DNA of 64,000 nucleotides from a virus (taxonomy: Duplodnaviria > Caudoviricetes). Positions 46,881-54,979 of the stretch are shown here, piece by piece. Position 1 is the first letter of the stretch; every line of letters begins with the position of its first letter. The stretch lies in IMG/VR virus record IMGVR_UViG_3300020152_000024, positions 1,382 to 65,381 of that record; one strand, given 5' to 3'. Both the position numbers and the translations under genes were made by a program. Under the pieces are notes generated by a model that worked only from the letters and a program-made list of their open reading frames with translations, searched no databases and was not told the origin of the DNA.

Positions 46881-47431
46881 CAGACACGTGCGCGTGTGCG
46901 CTTGCGCTCCTCCTTCAGCTTGGCGCGCGCCGCATCGAGACGCTGGCGCATCGCGCGATTGCGCACGAAATGTTCCACCACCTGTTCGCAGAGCCATTCG
47001 ATCTCCGCGCTCGCGTCTGGCGAGGCGTCGCAAAGGTCCTGGATGTGGTGGCAGGCGTTGGCGATGGTGTCGTGATGGATGGCGCTGTTGCGCAATTTCC
47101 AGGCGCTCATGCGCTTCTTGAAACTGTCCGGCGTCTCTCGCTTGGCCTTGACCGGCTGCGGCTCGCTGCCCGGTTCGACACGCAAACCCAGATCCATCAT
47201 CACCGCAGTCATCGCGCGGGCAATGTCAGCTTCTGAGATATCGAGCGCGATGCGCGTGCAGAAAATCCACACGTGCCGCCAATAGGTTTCCTCTGTCGCG
47301 CCGCGCGCGTCGTAGAGAATGAGCGGGTCGAGATCGGCGTGGAAGCCGATCAGCAAGGCGCAGCGCCGCAGGGCCTCCTTAGCGCGATCGAGCGTGCCCT
47401 CGCCCGGCAATAATTCCGAAATGTTGCTCAC
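46880..47431 (-). CDS. DnaA domain IV (C-terminal HTH)-like protein with an insertion
   Basis: RHVWIF..R....ISEADIARAM ... HHDTIANACHHIQD, compare RQ..MY...SLPEIG...DHTTV.HAC..IE. Confidence 0.6.
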   Translation of the reverse strand: MSNISELLPGEGTLDRAKEALRRCALLIGFHADLDPLILYDARGATEETYWRHVWIFCTRIALDISEADIARAMTAVMMDLGLRVEPGSEPQPVKAKRETPDSFKKRMSAWKLRNSAIHHDTIANACHHIQDLCDASPDASAEIEWLCEQVVEHFVRNRAMRQRLDAARAKLKEERKRTRARV

Positions 47432-47583
47432 TGCCAATGGCTCCAGTCGCGATGCATCGCCGCCAACACCAGCGCGATCAGCAAACAGATGACGACGGGA
47501 GACACCGCCGCCTCGATGGTCGCGCGCAATGCATCGGCGCGCTGCGCCGCTTCGATGCGTTCGGCGATCTGCAGCGTGGTCAT
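47428..47583 (-). CDS. Small membrane protein
   Basis: Coupled at both ends; C-terminal TM. Confidence 0.5.
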   Translation of the reverse strand: MTTLQIAERIEAAQRADALRATIEAAVSPVVICLLIALVLAAMHRDWSHWQ

Positions 47584-47927
47584 GCCACCGCCCTTCCCTC
47601 ACGGCGGCGGCGATGCTTGATGACGTTCCGCTTCTGCGTGCGCTGGATTGTCTTCACCCTCACGCCGCCGCGGCCATGCTCCTGGACAGCGACGCGCCAG
47701 GCGGCCAGCTCGGCGACTGGGACCTCCAATTGCTTGGCCGCCACATCGAGCCCGAGGCGAGCGGCCAACTCCACCGCGGCGAGTTTGCGGCTCGCAGTCC
47801 AGCGCGGCGGCTTCACTGGAAGCCTCCCTTGGCCCACTCGGAAAAGTAGATGCCGACGCCGACGCCAAGCCCCGAACGCGCCGAGCATCAGCATCGCCAG
47901 CGCCCCCACGGGGACCATCAACGTCAT
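47580..47927 (-). CDS. SciP/DUF1153-like protein with N-terminal hydrophobic anchor
   Basis: RWTASRK..AV...EL.AWR.AV..HG.GG.RV..IQ matches the SciP pattern RW...RK..VV...EF.SW.....HG..GLR.T.IQ. Confidence 0.7.
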   Translation of the reverse strand: MTLMVPVGALAMLMLGAFGAWRRRRHLLFRVGQGRLPVKPPRWTASRKLAAVELAARLGLDVAAKQLEVPVAELAAWRVAVQEHGRGGVRVKTIQRTQKRNVIKHRRRREGRAVA

Positions 47928-48103
47928 CTGCGCACCTCCCGTGTCGACGCATCAGGCCCGCCGCGCGCGAGGAAGGATTCAGCGCGCTCAGCCAGCTCCT
48001 GAAAGGCGTCGATCAGGATCACGGCGTCATCGCCATCTGCGGCGTCCAACGCCGCCGCGAGGCGATCCAATGCGTTGCGGCCGACGTCTTTGTCGGCGCT
48101 CAT
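47924..48103 (-). CDS. Small hypothetical protein
   Basis: GGAGG RBS; ATGA coupling. Confidence 0.5.
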   Translation of the reverse strand: MSADKDVGRNALDRLAAALDAADGDDAVILIDAFQELAERAESFLARGGPDASTREVRR

Positions 48104-48330
48104 GCAGCCTCCCACAAAAACCGCGGCGTCTTAGCCTGAACGGCGCGCGCTCTGTTCGGCACCCGCCGCGCCTTTCCATCGATCGCAAGCTCCGTCAGCA
48201 CGACGCGAAGCGTGGTGTGATCCAGCCCAGTGGCGCGGCCGAGCGCGCCATAGCCAAGCGGCTCCTTGCCGGCGCGGAGCGCAGTCAGGACGGCGCGGCC
48301 ATAGCGGGCGACAAGAGAAGGCGCCGTCAT
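48100..48330 (-). CDS. Small winged-HTH protein
   Basis: LGRATGLDHTTLRVVLTELAIDG. Confidence 0.6.
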   Translation of the reverse strand: MTAPSLVARYGRAVLTALRAGKEPLGYGALGRATGLDHTTLRVVLTELAIDGKARRVPNRARAVQAKTPRFLWEAA

Positions 48331-51300
48331 GCCGCCTCGCCCTCGCTGGAGCTTTCAGCGTCCGCTTCACTTTCGGCGCCCAGCAAGCCGAACAAGGTCG
48401 GCGTCATCGCCTCACGCTCGGCAGAGCCAAGATAATAGCAAGCGTCGCGGAAGCTTTGCGGGTTAAGCTCAGACCCCGCGCCGCGCCTGCCTTTCTTCAC
48501 TGCGACATAGGGCACGGTGCCGAGACCGGCGAACGGATCGAACACTAGCTCACCGGCTTGCGAATACATCGTGATCAGCCGCTCGACGATATCGAGCTGG
48601 AGCGGGCAGACGTGCATCTCGACACGCCGCCGGCTCTGCTCGCTATTGAGCGTCAGCATCCGGTTGATGTCGTGCCACACTTCCGGATGGTGCGAGCCGG
48701 GCGCGATCGACATGAAGGTGGCCGGCAACGCGCCGCGCTTTTCCAGCTCTTCGCCGATGTGCACGTGCGCGTCGTAATCATAGACCTCGGTGAGGCTCCA
48801 CGACGTGAAGGCCTTGGCCAACTTGTCGGGCCCGAGGCGCGCCAACTCTTCGACACTGATCAGGCGGTTGCCGCTGGAGCGCCAAAAGGCGTGCGCGTCG
48901 ATCTGCCAGCGCGCGCGCGAATAGCCGTCGGGGTTGATCCACGCGCCGTCGGCCGACTCCTTCTTCGGCTTCGCCACCGGGTCATCGGCGTAGCCCTTCG
49001 AGCGGTCGCTCTGGGGCTTCCTGAAATGCAGGATGTATTCGGGCATGCCCGAGCCCATCTTGGTGGCGTCCTTGGCGTTCTCCGTCCAGCCGAGGCGATA
49101 GGTCTGGTTGTTCTCGCGCACGACGTCGGTCACAACCGTGACCATGCCCATGTAATCGAAGCCCGCCGCCTGGAAGTGGCGGATCGTGTCGGCATGGAAG
49201 GGATAGACCGTCGGCGCGCCCGTGCCGGCGACAGCGCCGAACACGATGCGGTCCTTGACGTGGATTTCGCAGCGCCGGCCGGGCTTCAACACGCGCAACA
49301 GCTCGCGTGTCAGAAAGCTCATTTGGCCGAAGAATTCTTCGTTGGTGTCAACGTGGCCGAAATCTTCGTAAGCCTCGCAATACTCATACTGCGAGCTGAA
49401 CGGGATCGAGGAGACGATGAGATCGACGCTGTTGTCGTCCATCGCGCGCGCCTCGGCGACGCAATCGTTGTTAGCGATCCAGTAGCGCTCACCCCTCGCC
49501 TCGCGGCGCTCGACGCCCATGGTGCGGGTGAGCTGGCCCACCATCACCTCATGATCCAAACCAAAGCGGCGGATCAGTTCGGCCATGCGGGTCTGCATCT
49601 CGTCATGCAGTTGCCACTTGCGCTTTAAGTCGGCGACGATGAGGCGTTCGGCCTCCGAGTAGATGATGTCGATTCTGCAGGGCCGCTTCTGGCCGAACCG
49701 CTGCACCCGGTGGATGGCCTGGATGAAGTCGTGAAACTTGAAGCCGACGCCGACGAAGATTTCCCAGGCGCAGTGGCGCTGGAAGTTGCAGCCCGCGCCA
49801 GAAAGAATTGGCTTGGTCGCGAAGGTGGCGATCTCGCCTTTCGCGAACGCGATCACGCGCCGCTCGCGTTCGTCAAGGTCCATGGATCCGTGGATGGTGA
49901 CCACGCCATCGCCCAGCGCCGCTTCAATCGCCTCGCGCTCAGCTTCGAGATCATGCCACAAAACGACATGATCGGCGGCCTGTTCGGCGCGCAGCTCGAG
50001 CATCTTCGCCACGCGCGATGGCAGTGAGTCCCGCTTCTCTGCGGCCGCGGCTTGGACGCCCAGCGCCGCATCCCGGAACAGCAGCTTCTGCCCGTCCTTT
50101 TCTTCGCCGGCTTGCTTGTGATCGGTCGGCACTTCGTGCCAGCGCACGTCGAGCGGCGGCAGATTGAAGCCTTCATCGGAGAAGCCGAGGTCGGACGGCT
50201 TTTGCAGCCACACCGACCAGGACTGCACCCAAATCCAGAACTCCTCTTCCTTGTGCGGATAGAGCGTGAGGTCGTTGGCCTTCTCGCTGTTGCGCTGGAA
50301 GAAGCGCGTCAAGGCATGGCCGGTGTCCATCACGCCAAGGAAGCCCGCGTAGTGGATCAGTTCTTTCAGGCGGTTCGGCGAGGGCGTCGCGGTGGCGACG
50401 AAGCGAAAGCGCACGCCCTCGAAGAGCGGGAGAAATTCTTGGTAGGTCTTCGAGCCGAAACTGCGCAGCACCGCAGCTTCGTCGAGCGAGGCGGCGATGA
50501 ACAGGCGCGGATCAAGTTTGCCTTCACGAACGCTCTCATAGTTCGAGAGGTAAATCGTCGGAACGCCAAGGTCGGCATGCCGCTGGCGCGCCTCGGCGTC
50601 GTCATGAAACTCAGCATCCGTGCGGATGAAGACAAGCCGCACCGCGTAATCGCCGGTGAAGCGCTCGCTCGCTTCGCTCGTGAACTCTTGGCGCACGCCC
50701 AGCGGCAAAACGATGAGCGGCGAGCCCGGCTCATAGTTCGCGATCTGGCGCATGATCTCGATTTGCGTCGCGGTCTTGTGCAAGCCGAATGACGCGAACA
50801 CTGCGCGCCGCCCACCCTTCAGCGCCCAACGCACGATCGCACGCGCGTGCGGCGCGAGCGCGGGGTTGATCTCCGCGAGGGGCTCGATGCCTTCAAACGG
50901 CGCGAGCTTGATCTTGCTTTCGAGGAAGCGTCGGTAGTCGCCGCTCATCATCTCGGCAATCGTTGGGATCGGCAGAAACTCAACTACGGCGGTGATGCGC
51001 CCGTCCGTCACGTTCTGGCAGATTGAACAAGCACACTTCGACGGCGGCGGCGCATCGATCGCGCGCCCCGCGTGCGCCACGATCATCTCCATGCCGAGCG
51101 TCGCGAGTGTCGTCTCGCCCTCATCATCGATGAAGAAGCCGCCGCGCTCGGTCAGCGAAGCGAAGGCGTCATCTGTCCAGGCCGGCCACTTGCCCCACGC
51201 GCTGCCCACGTCCCACAGATGCAGCACCGCCGCATCGATAAGCTCACGCTCCAGCGCGAGCATTCTGCCCGGCCCCGCGAAGGCTTCTTGCGCACGCGCA

Positions 51301-51407
51301 AGCACCGTCTGGATTTTTGCGACGGGCGACGGCGCATCAGCGTGCGCCTCAATGGCGCTCTCCAGCGCCCCGCCCTTCAATCCTTTTTTCGCCCCCCGCT
51401 TGGCCAT
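48327..51407 (-). CDS. SF2 helicase-like::N4/N6 DNA methyltransferase fusion with N-terminal extension
   Basis: FGLHKT, LDEAA, TATPSPN, QAIHRVQRFGQ; then VSSIPF and DPFAGLGT (beta-class order). Confidence 0.88.
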   Translation of the reverse strand: MAKRGAKKGLKGGALESAIEAHADAPSPVAKIQTVLARAQEAFAGPGRMLALERELIDAAVLHLWDVGSAWGKWPAWTDDAFASLTERGGFFIDDEGETTLATLGMEMIVAHAGRAIDAPPPSKCACSICQNVTDGRITAVVEFLPIPTIAEMMSGDYRRFLESKIKLAPFEGIEPLAEINPALAPHARAIVRWALKGGRRAVFASFGLHKTATQIEIMRQIANYEPGSPLIVLPLGVRQEFTSEASERFTGDYAVRLVFIRTDAEFHDDAEARQRHADLGVPTIYLSNYESVREGKLDPRLFIAASLDEAAVLRSFGSKTYQEFLPLFEGVRFRFVATATPSPNRLKELIHYAGFLGVMDTGHALTRFFQRNSEKANDLTLYPHKEEEFWIWVQSWSVWLQKPSDLGFSDEGFNLPPLDVRWHEVPTDHKQAGEEKDGQKLLFRDAALGVQAAAAEKRDSLPSRVAKMLELRAEQAADHVVLWHDLEAEREAIEAALGDGVVTIHGSMDLDERERRVIAFAKGEIATFATKPILSGAGCNFQRHCAWEIFVGVGFKFHDFIQAIHRVQRFGQKRPCRIDIIYSEAERLIVADLKRKWQLHDEMQTRMAELIRRFGLDHEVMVGQLTRTMGVERREARGERYWIANNDCVAEARAMDDNSVDLIVSSIPFSSQYEYCEAYEDFGHVDTNEEFFGQMSFLTRELLRVLKPGRRCEIHVKDRIVFGAVAGTGAPTVYPFHADTIRHFQAAGFDYMGMVTVVTDVVRENNQTYRLGWTENAKDATKMGSGMPEYILHFRKPQSDRSKGYADDPVAKPKKESADGAWINPDGYSRARWQIDAHAFWRSSGNRLISVEELARLGPDKLAKAFTSWSLTEVYDYDAHVHIGEELEKRGALPATFMSIAPGSHHPEVWHDINRMLTLNSEQSRRRVEMHVCPLQLDIVERLITMYSQAGELVFDPFAGLGTVPYVAVKKGRRGAGSELNPQSFRDACYYLGSAEREAMTPTLFGLLGAESEADAESSSEGEAA

Positions 51408-51709
51408 CAGACGCTCGCCTCAGCATCTGAGGCAGCACTCGCCCGCTTGGCGCGCTCGCTTTCGTAAGAATGCGACGCGAGCATTTTCAGGCACGCGGTG
51501 AACCCTATGATCCCGGCTTCATCCGCAAGCGTGGCGACTGGGTCCCAATACTCACTGGGGATCGAATCGTTCTGCGCCCAGCGGGAGACGCCCATGCCGG
51601 TGATCGTGAGGTCGAACCGCGCGAGCTGGCGGGACAATTCGGCGTAGGTTTCCCAACGGGTTAGAAGGTCCCGATGGGTTGACGGCGGGGGCGGTAGTGA
51701 CGCGTTCAT
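51407..51709 (-). CDS. Cro-like regulator
   Basis: Divergent from cI; VSRWAQNDSIPSEYW. Confidence 0.7.
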   Translation of the reverse strand: MNASLPPPPSTHRDLLTRWETYAELSRQLARFDLTITGMGVSRWAQNDSIPSEYWDPVATLADEAGIIGFTACLKMLASHSYESERAKRASAASDAEASV

Positions 51710-51719
51710 TAGGCCACCG

Positions 51720-51758
51720 TAGCATGCTTCGTGCTACGTCAAAGCATGAAACGTCGTT
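51720..51758. promoter_or_regulatory. OR-like operators between cro and cI
   Basis: TAGCATGCTTCGTGCTA plus a weaker AAGCATGAAACG site; TTGACG on the - strand at 51737-51742. Confidence 0.65.
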
Positions 51759-51794
51759 AGCCCCCAACCGACTCCGCGCGATAAGCGCGACTCC

Positions 51795-52409
51795 ATGAAG
51801 GTCGGGGATTGGATCGCGGCGCAACGGCAGAAACGCCGACCGCCAGAGAACACTCAGAAGTGGCTGGGGGAGCAGGTTGGCGTAGCGCAAACGACCATTT
51901 CCAAATGGGAAAAAGGCAAGAGCGATGTCTCCCGCGAAGAGCTAGCCCGTTTGGAGGATGTCTTTGGAACTACTTACGCTGCTGACAAATTTTCTCCACT
52001 TGCGGTAGCACAGCCGCTAAGGCTCCCGGTCATGGGGATAGTTCGCGCCCGGCAGTTGGTAGAACAAGCGCCTCTCGACGCGCTTGAATACATTGCCGCG
52101 CCGCCCGGAACACCTGAAGGCGCCCGTTGCCTCATCGTTCGGGGCGCATCATTTCCTCCCCACAAGGATGGGACCGCCCTCGTCTTCTGGGCTTTCGTTG
52201 AAGACCCTGCCGCTTTCCTGGGCGAACTCTGCTTCGTGCGCCTGCTCGACGGCGCCGAGTATGTCCGCGAGATCGCCCGCGGCGACACGCCCAAAACCTG
52301 GACCCTGATCAGCCCCGTGGGCGAACCCACGATCCGCAATGTCGAGATCGAGTGCGCCGCCCTGATCGAGATGACCGTCCGCAGGCCGCAGTGGATAACG
52401 CCTGCTTAG
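51795..52409 (+). CDS. cI: CI-like repressor (XRE HTH plus S24-like domain)
   Basis: TQKWLGEQVGVAQTTISKWEKG; V.G.S..P. Confidence 0.85.
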   Translation: MKVGDWIAAQRQKRRPPENTQKWLGEQVGVAQTTISKWEKGKSDVSREELARLEDVFGTTYAADKFSPLAVAQPLRLPVMGIVRARQLVEQAPLDALEYIAAPPGTPEGARCLIVRGASFPPHKDGTALVFWAFVEDPAAFLGELCFVRLLDGAEYVREIARGDTPKTWTLISPVGEPTIRNVEIECAALIEMTVRRPQWITPA

Positions 52410-52420
52410 ATATCTGTGGA

Positions 52421-52459
52421 TAGCACGTTTCGTGCTGGCATTAAGCACGAATAGTGCTA
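52421..52459. promoter_or_regulatory. OL-like operators
   Basis: TAGCACGTTTCGTGCTG and AAGCACGAATAGTGCTA, same AGCACG-N3-CGTGCT consensus as OR. Confidence 0.7.
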
Positions 52460-52498
52460 CCGTCCTTTCCCTGAGACTGATGGATCAGGGGGCGGAAA

Positions 52499-52942
52499 AT
52501 GCAAGCTGCAAGGCGCGAAGAGCGCGCGATCGATGTTGGCCAGCCGGCCTCGCCTCCGCTCAATGACAGGGCTTACGACCAAGCCCAGCGGCGGCTTCGC
52601 CACCAGCTCGATCTGGCCGAGCGCGGCGACATCAACGCCAGGCTGGCGATCATCGAAGCCGCCGCGGCCGACACCCTCCGCGTCAACCTCGCCCGCGTCG
52701 CCACCGCTGCGCACAAAGTCGCGCCGAGCGTTGACGAGATTAAAATTCTGCGCGGCCAGTTCACGGCCGATCAGACTGAACTTCGGTTCGCCGTCGATGC
52801 CTCGCACGATGCGCTGAGCCAAGCCGCCGGACGCGTTGTCGAGCCTGTGGCCATCGCGCCTGCGGCGCAGACGGAAAAGCCTGAGCCCGATCCCCGCGCC
52901 GATAGCGGCGAGTTTCCGCATCCGGCGCCGATCGATGGCTAA
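52499..52942 (+). CDS. Hypothetical protein
   Basis: First ORF after OL. Confidence 0.55.
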   Translation: MQAARREERAIDVGQPASPPLNDRAYDQAQRRLRHQLDLAERGDINARLAIIEAAAADTLRVNLARVATAAHKVAPSVDEIKILRGQFTADQTELRFAVDASHDALSQAAGRVVEPVAIAPAAQTEKPEPDPRADSGEFPHPAPIDG

Positions 52943-53183
52943 GCGGCCCGCGAAATCCGCCAAGGCCGACGACGAGCCGCGCAAGTTTCCACCGGGCACG
53001 CCCGAGTGGAAGAGGCGCAAGTGCGGCCTCTGCGGCGCTGAGCCCGGCGACAATTGCTTCAACCTCGCCGCCGCCACCGGCGGTGCGCTTGGCGGCCGTC
53101 CCGGCAAGGACGGCGCGATGGTGAAGGTGAAAACCCTCGCCCCACGCCAGAACGATCCACACCAGCCAAGGACACGCGCATGA
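52935..53183 (+). CDS. Zn-finger protein
   Basis: CGLCGAEPG..C...H..R. Confidence 0.6.
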   Translation: MAKRPAKSAKADDEPRKFPPGTPEWKRRKCGLCGAEPGDNCFNLAAATGGALGGRPGKDGAMVKVKTLAPRQNDPHQPRTRA

Positions 53184-53683
53184 CCGCGACGAACTCGCTC
53201 GACCTCTCGAAGGTGCCGCATCTGGAGGAGCGCCGGCAGCTGCTGGAGCAATTCAACCCACGCCGCGCCATCGAGCGCGAGCGCGATGCCGCCATCGAAC
53301 CCTTCCAGGTGCGCCGTCGTGCGACGCTGAAGACGCACACGGCGCGGATACTCGCGATCCGCGAGGAGCTGGCGAAGGCCATTGGCGCGCGCGACGACGA
53401 ACTTAACGTCATCGACGCTGAGGAAGGCCCTGTCGCGCTGGCATTCTCACAGCGCCTGGAAGCCTGGGACGACGCATTTCAAGAGGCGCTACGGGACGAT
53501 CATTCGTGGCGACTCGGCGACGATGAGCCCATCGAGTTCTGCACGCTGACCGGCCTGCCGCTGCACGATGATGACGACGTGCTTGACGACGACGCATTCG
53601 GCGGCCGCATCCTGCGGGCCGCACTCCCCTTCCCCAACGCCGGCGGGCAGCCCGACGACGCCGACGAAGCGGAAGCCGCGTGA
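53180..53683 (+). CDS. Hypothetical coiled-coil/acidic protein
   Basis: ATGA coupling. Confidence 0.6.
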   Translation: MTATNSLDLSKVPHLEERRQLLEQFNPRRAIERERDAAIEPFQVRRRATLKTHTARILAIREELAKAIGARDDELNVIDAEEGPVALAFSQRLEAWDDAFQEALRDDHSWRLGDDEPIEFCTLTGLPLHDDDDVLDDDAFGGRILRAALPFPNAGGQPDDADEAEAA

Positions 53684-54132
53684 TCAAAGGCCTATCCGCC
53701 CGAGCCCGCGGCTACATCGCCCGCGCGAAGCGTCACGGTGTCGAGTTCGAAGAGATCGAGCCCGACGATATTTTCGCGCGCGATGATCTCTGGTGCATGG
53801 AATATCCCGGCAAGCCCTGCGCGTGCGCCCAGCGTGCGCGCACCGACGTTGACACCGACCATCCAGACTACGCCACGCTCGGCCACTTCCCGGCGATGAC
53901 GAACGGCGGGCCGCACTTCCGCGCCAACGTCTTCACCCAGCGTTGGCAATGCAACGCCAAGCAAAACGCCGAGGTCGATCAGCCGACGCGCGCCAAGTGG
54001 CGCCGGCAGGCGCGCCTCACCGGCCCGCAATCGGACCAGGCCAGGGCCAAGAAGCGCCCGATCCCCTCGCGCGGCTTCCAGGGCTCGCGCGGGCTGTCGT
54101 CGGGTCAGATCAAGTGGAAGGGGCGCACATGA
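53680..54132 (+). CDS. Degenerate HNH-like protein
   Basis: IFARD...C, TLGHFP..NGGPH..AN......CN. Confidence 0.65.
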   Translation: MIKGLSARARGYIARAKRHGVEFEEIEPDDIFARDDLWCMEYPGKPCACAQRARTDVDTDHPDYATLGHFPAMTNGGPHFRANVFTQRWQCNAKQNAEVDQPTRAKWRRQARLTGPQSDQARAKKRPIPSRGFQGSRGLSSGQIKWKGRT

Positions 54133-54161
54133 TTTTCGTTTCGCTCCTTAACACTTTTAGC

Positions 54162-54190
54162 TTGCATCGCGGTCTAGGGGCCCCTATACC
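54162..54190 (+). promoter_or_regulatory. Promoter with TAGGGGCCCCTA operator for the recombination operon
   Basis: TTGCAT-17-TATACC; palindrome at 54175-54186. Confidence 0.75.
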
Positions 54191-54217
54191 ATCCGCACGA
54201 ACGATGGAGAGTGCGTG

Positions 54218-54979
54218 ATGAGTATCCACGAAGGCCACGCCGCAGGCGGCAACAACGACTTCCGCGACGCGGGGCAAATGTTTCGCGATGAACTGAAAAA
54301 GTTCGAGGACGACTGCGCTGCGCTGGCGAAGCTTGCGGTTAAGGCGAATGGCGACTTAGACGAAGAGGCCATCGCCGCCAACCAGAAGCGATTCGCGGAC
54401 CTGGTCGGACGCGAGTGCGAGCTTCGCAAAACGGCGATCAGCCGAAAGGACGAAGAGAAGAAGCCATATTGGGATGAGTGCCAGCGCATCGACGCCGCGC
54501 ACCGCAACGTCATCGCCAAACTCGCCGATGCGCTCAAGAGTGCGAAGTCGAAGTTCGATGCGTGGATTCTGGCCGAAGACGCTAAGCGGGAAGTCGCCGA
54601 GAAGGAAGCGCGCGCGGCGGTCGAGCGCGCAGAGCGTGAAGCGGAGGCCGTTGAAGCCAAAGCCGCAGCCGGCCACGACCCATTCGCCGCGTTCGAGGCG
54701 CAGGAAGAAGTATTCGCCGCACGCAACAACGCGCAACAAGCCAGCTTCGCCGCCGCCGCCATCCCTGAGCGCACGAAGATCGCCAGTAACGTGGGCCGCT
54801 CGGTCAGCGTGCGCACCTCGCAAACGGTCGAGGTCATCGATTATGCGGCGGCGTTCGCCACCGTCGCTGAGAACAAGGCGGTCAAGGAAGCTATCGAGAA
54901 GGCGGTGAAAGCTGCGCACAAGGCGACAGGCGCCGTGCCGGCCGGCTGCAAGCTCGTCGAAGTCAAGGCGGTGCGGTGA
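54218..54979 (+). CDS. Coiled-coil recombination-associated protein (Gam/Gp157-like context)
   Basis: RKDEEKKPY....RIDA; C-terminal VPAG; precedes ERF. Confidence 0.65.
   Translation: MSIHEGHAAGGNNDFRDAGQMFRDELKKFEDDCAALAKLAVKANGDLDEEAIAANQKRFADLVGRECELRKTAISRKDEEKKPYWDECQRIDAAHRNVIAKLADALKSAKSKFDAWILAEDAKREVAEKEARAAVERAEREAEAVEAKAAAGHDPFAAFEAQEEVFAARNNAQQASFAAAAIPERTKIASNVGRSVSVRTSQTVEVIDYAAAFATVAENKAVKEAIEKAVKAAHKATGAVPAGCKLVEVKAVR

Noticed and set aside
46800-54200. CtrA boxes (TTAA-N7-TTAA) in intergenic regions
   Set aside because: Only isolated TTAA half-sites were seen (46827, 52441, 54148); no full site by eye.
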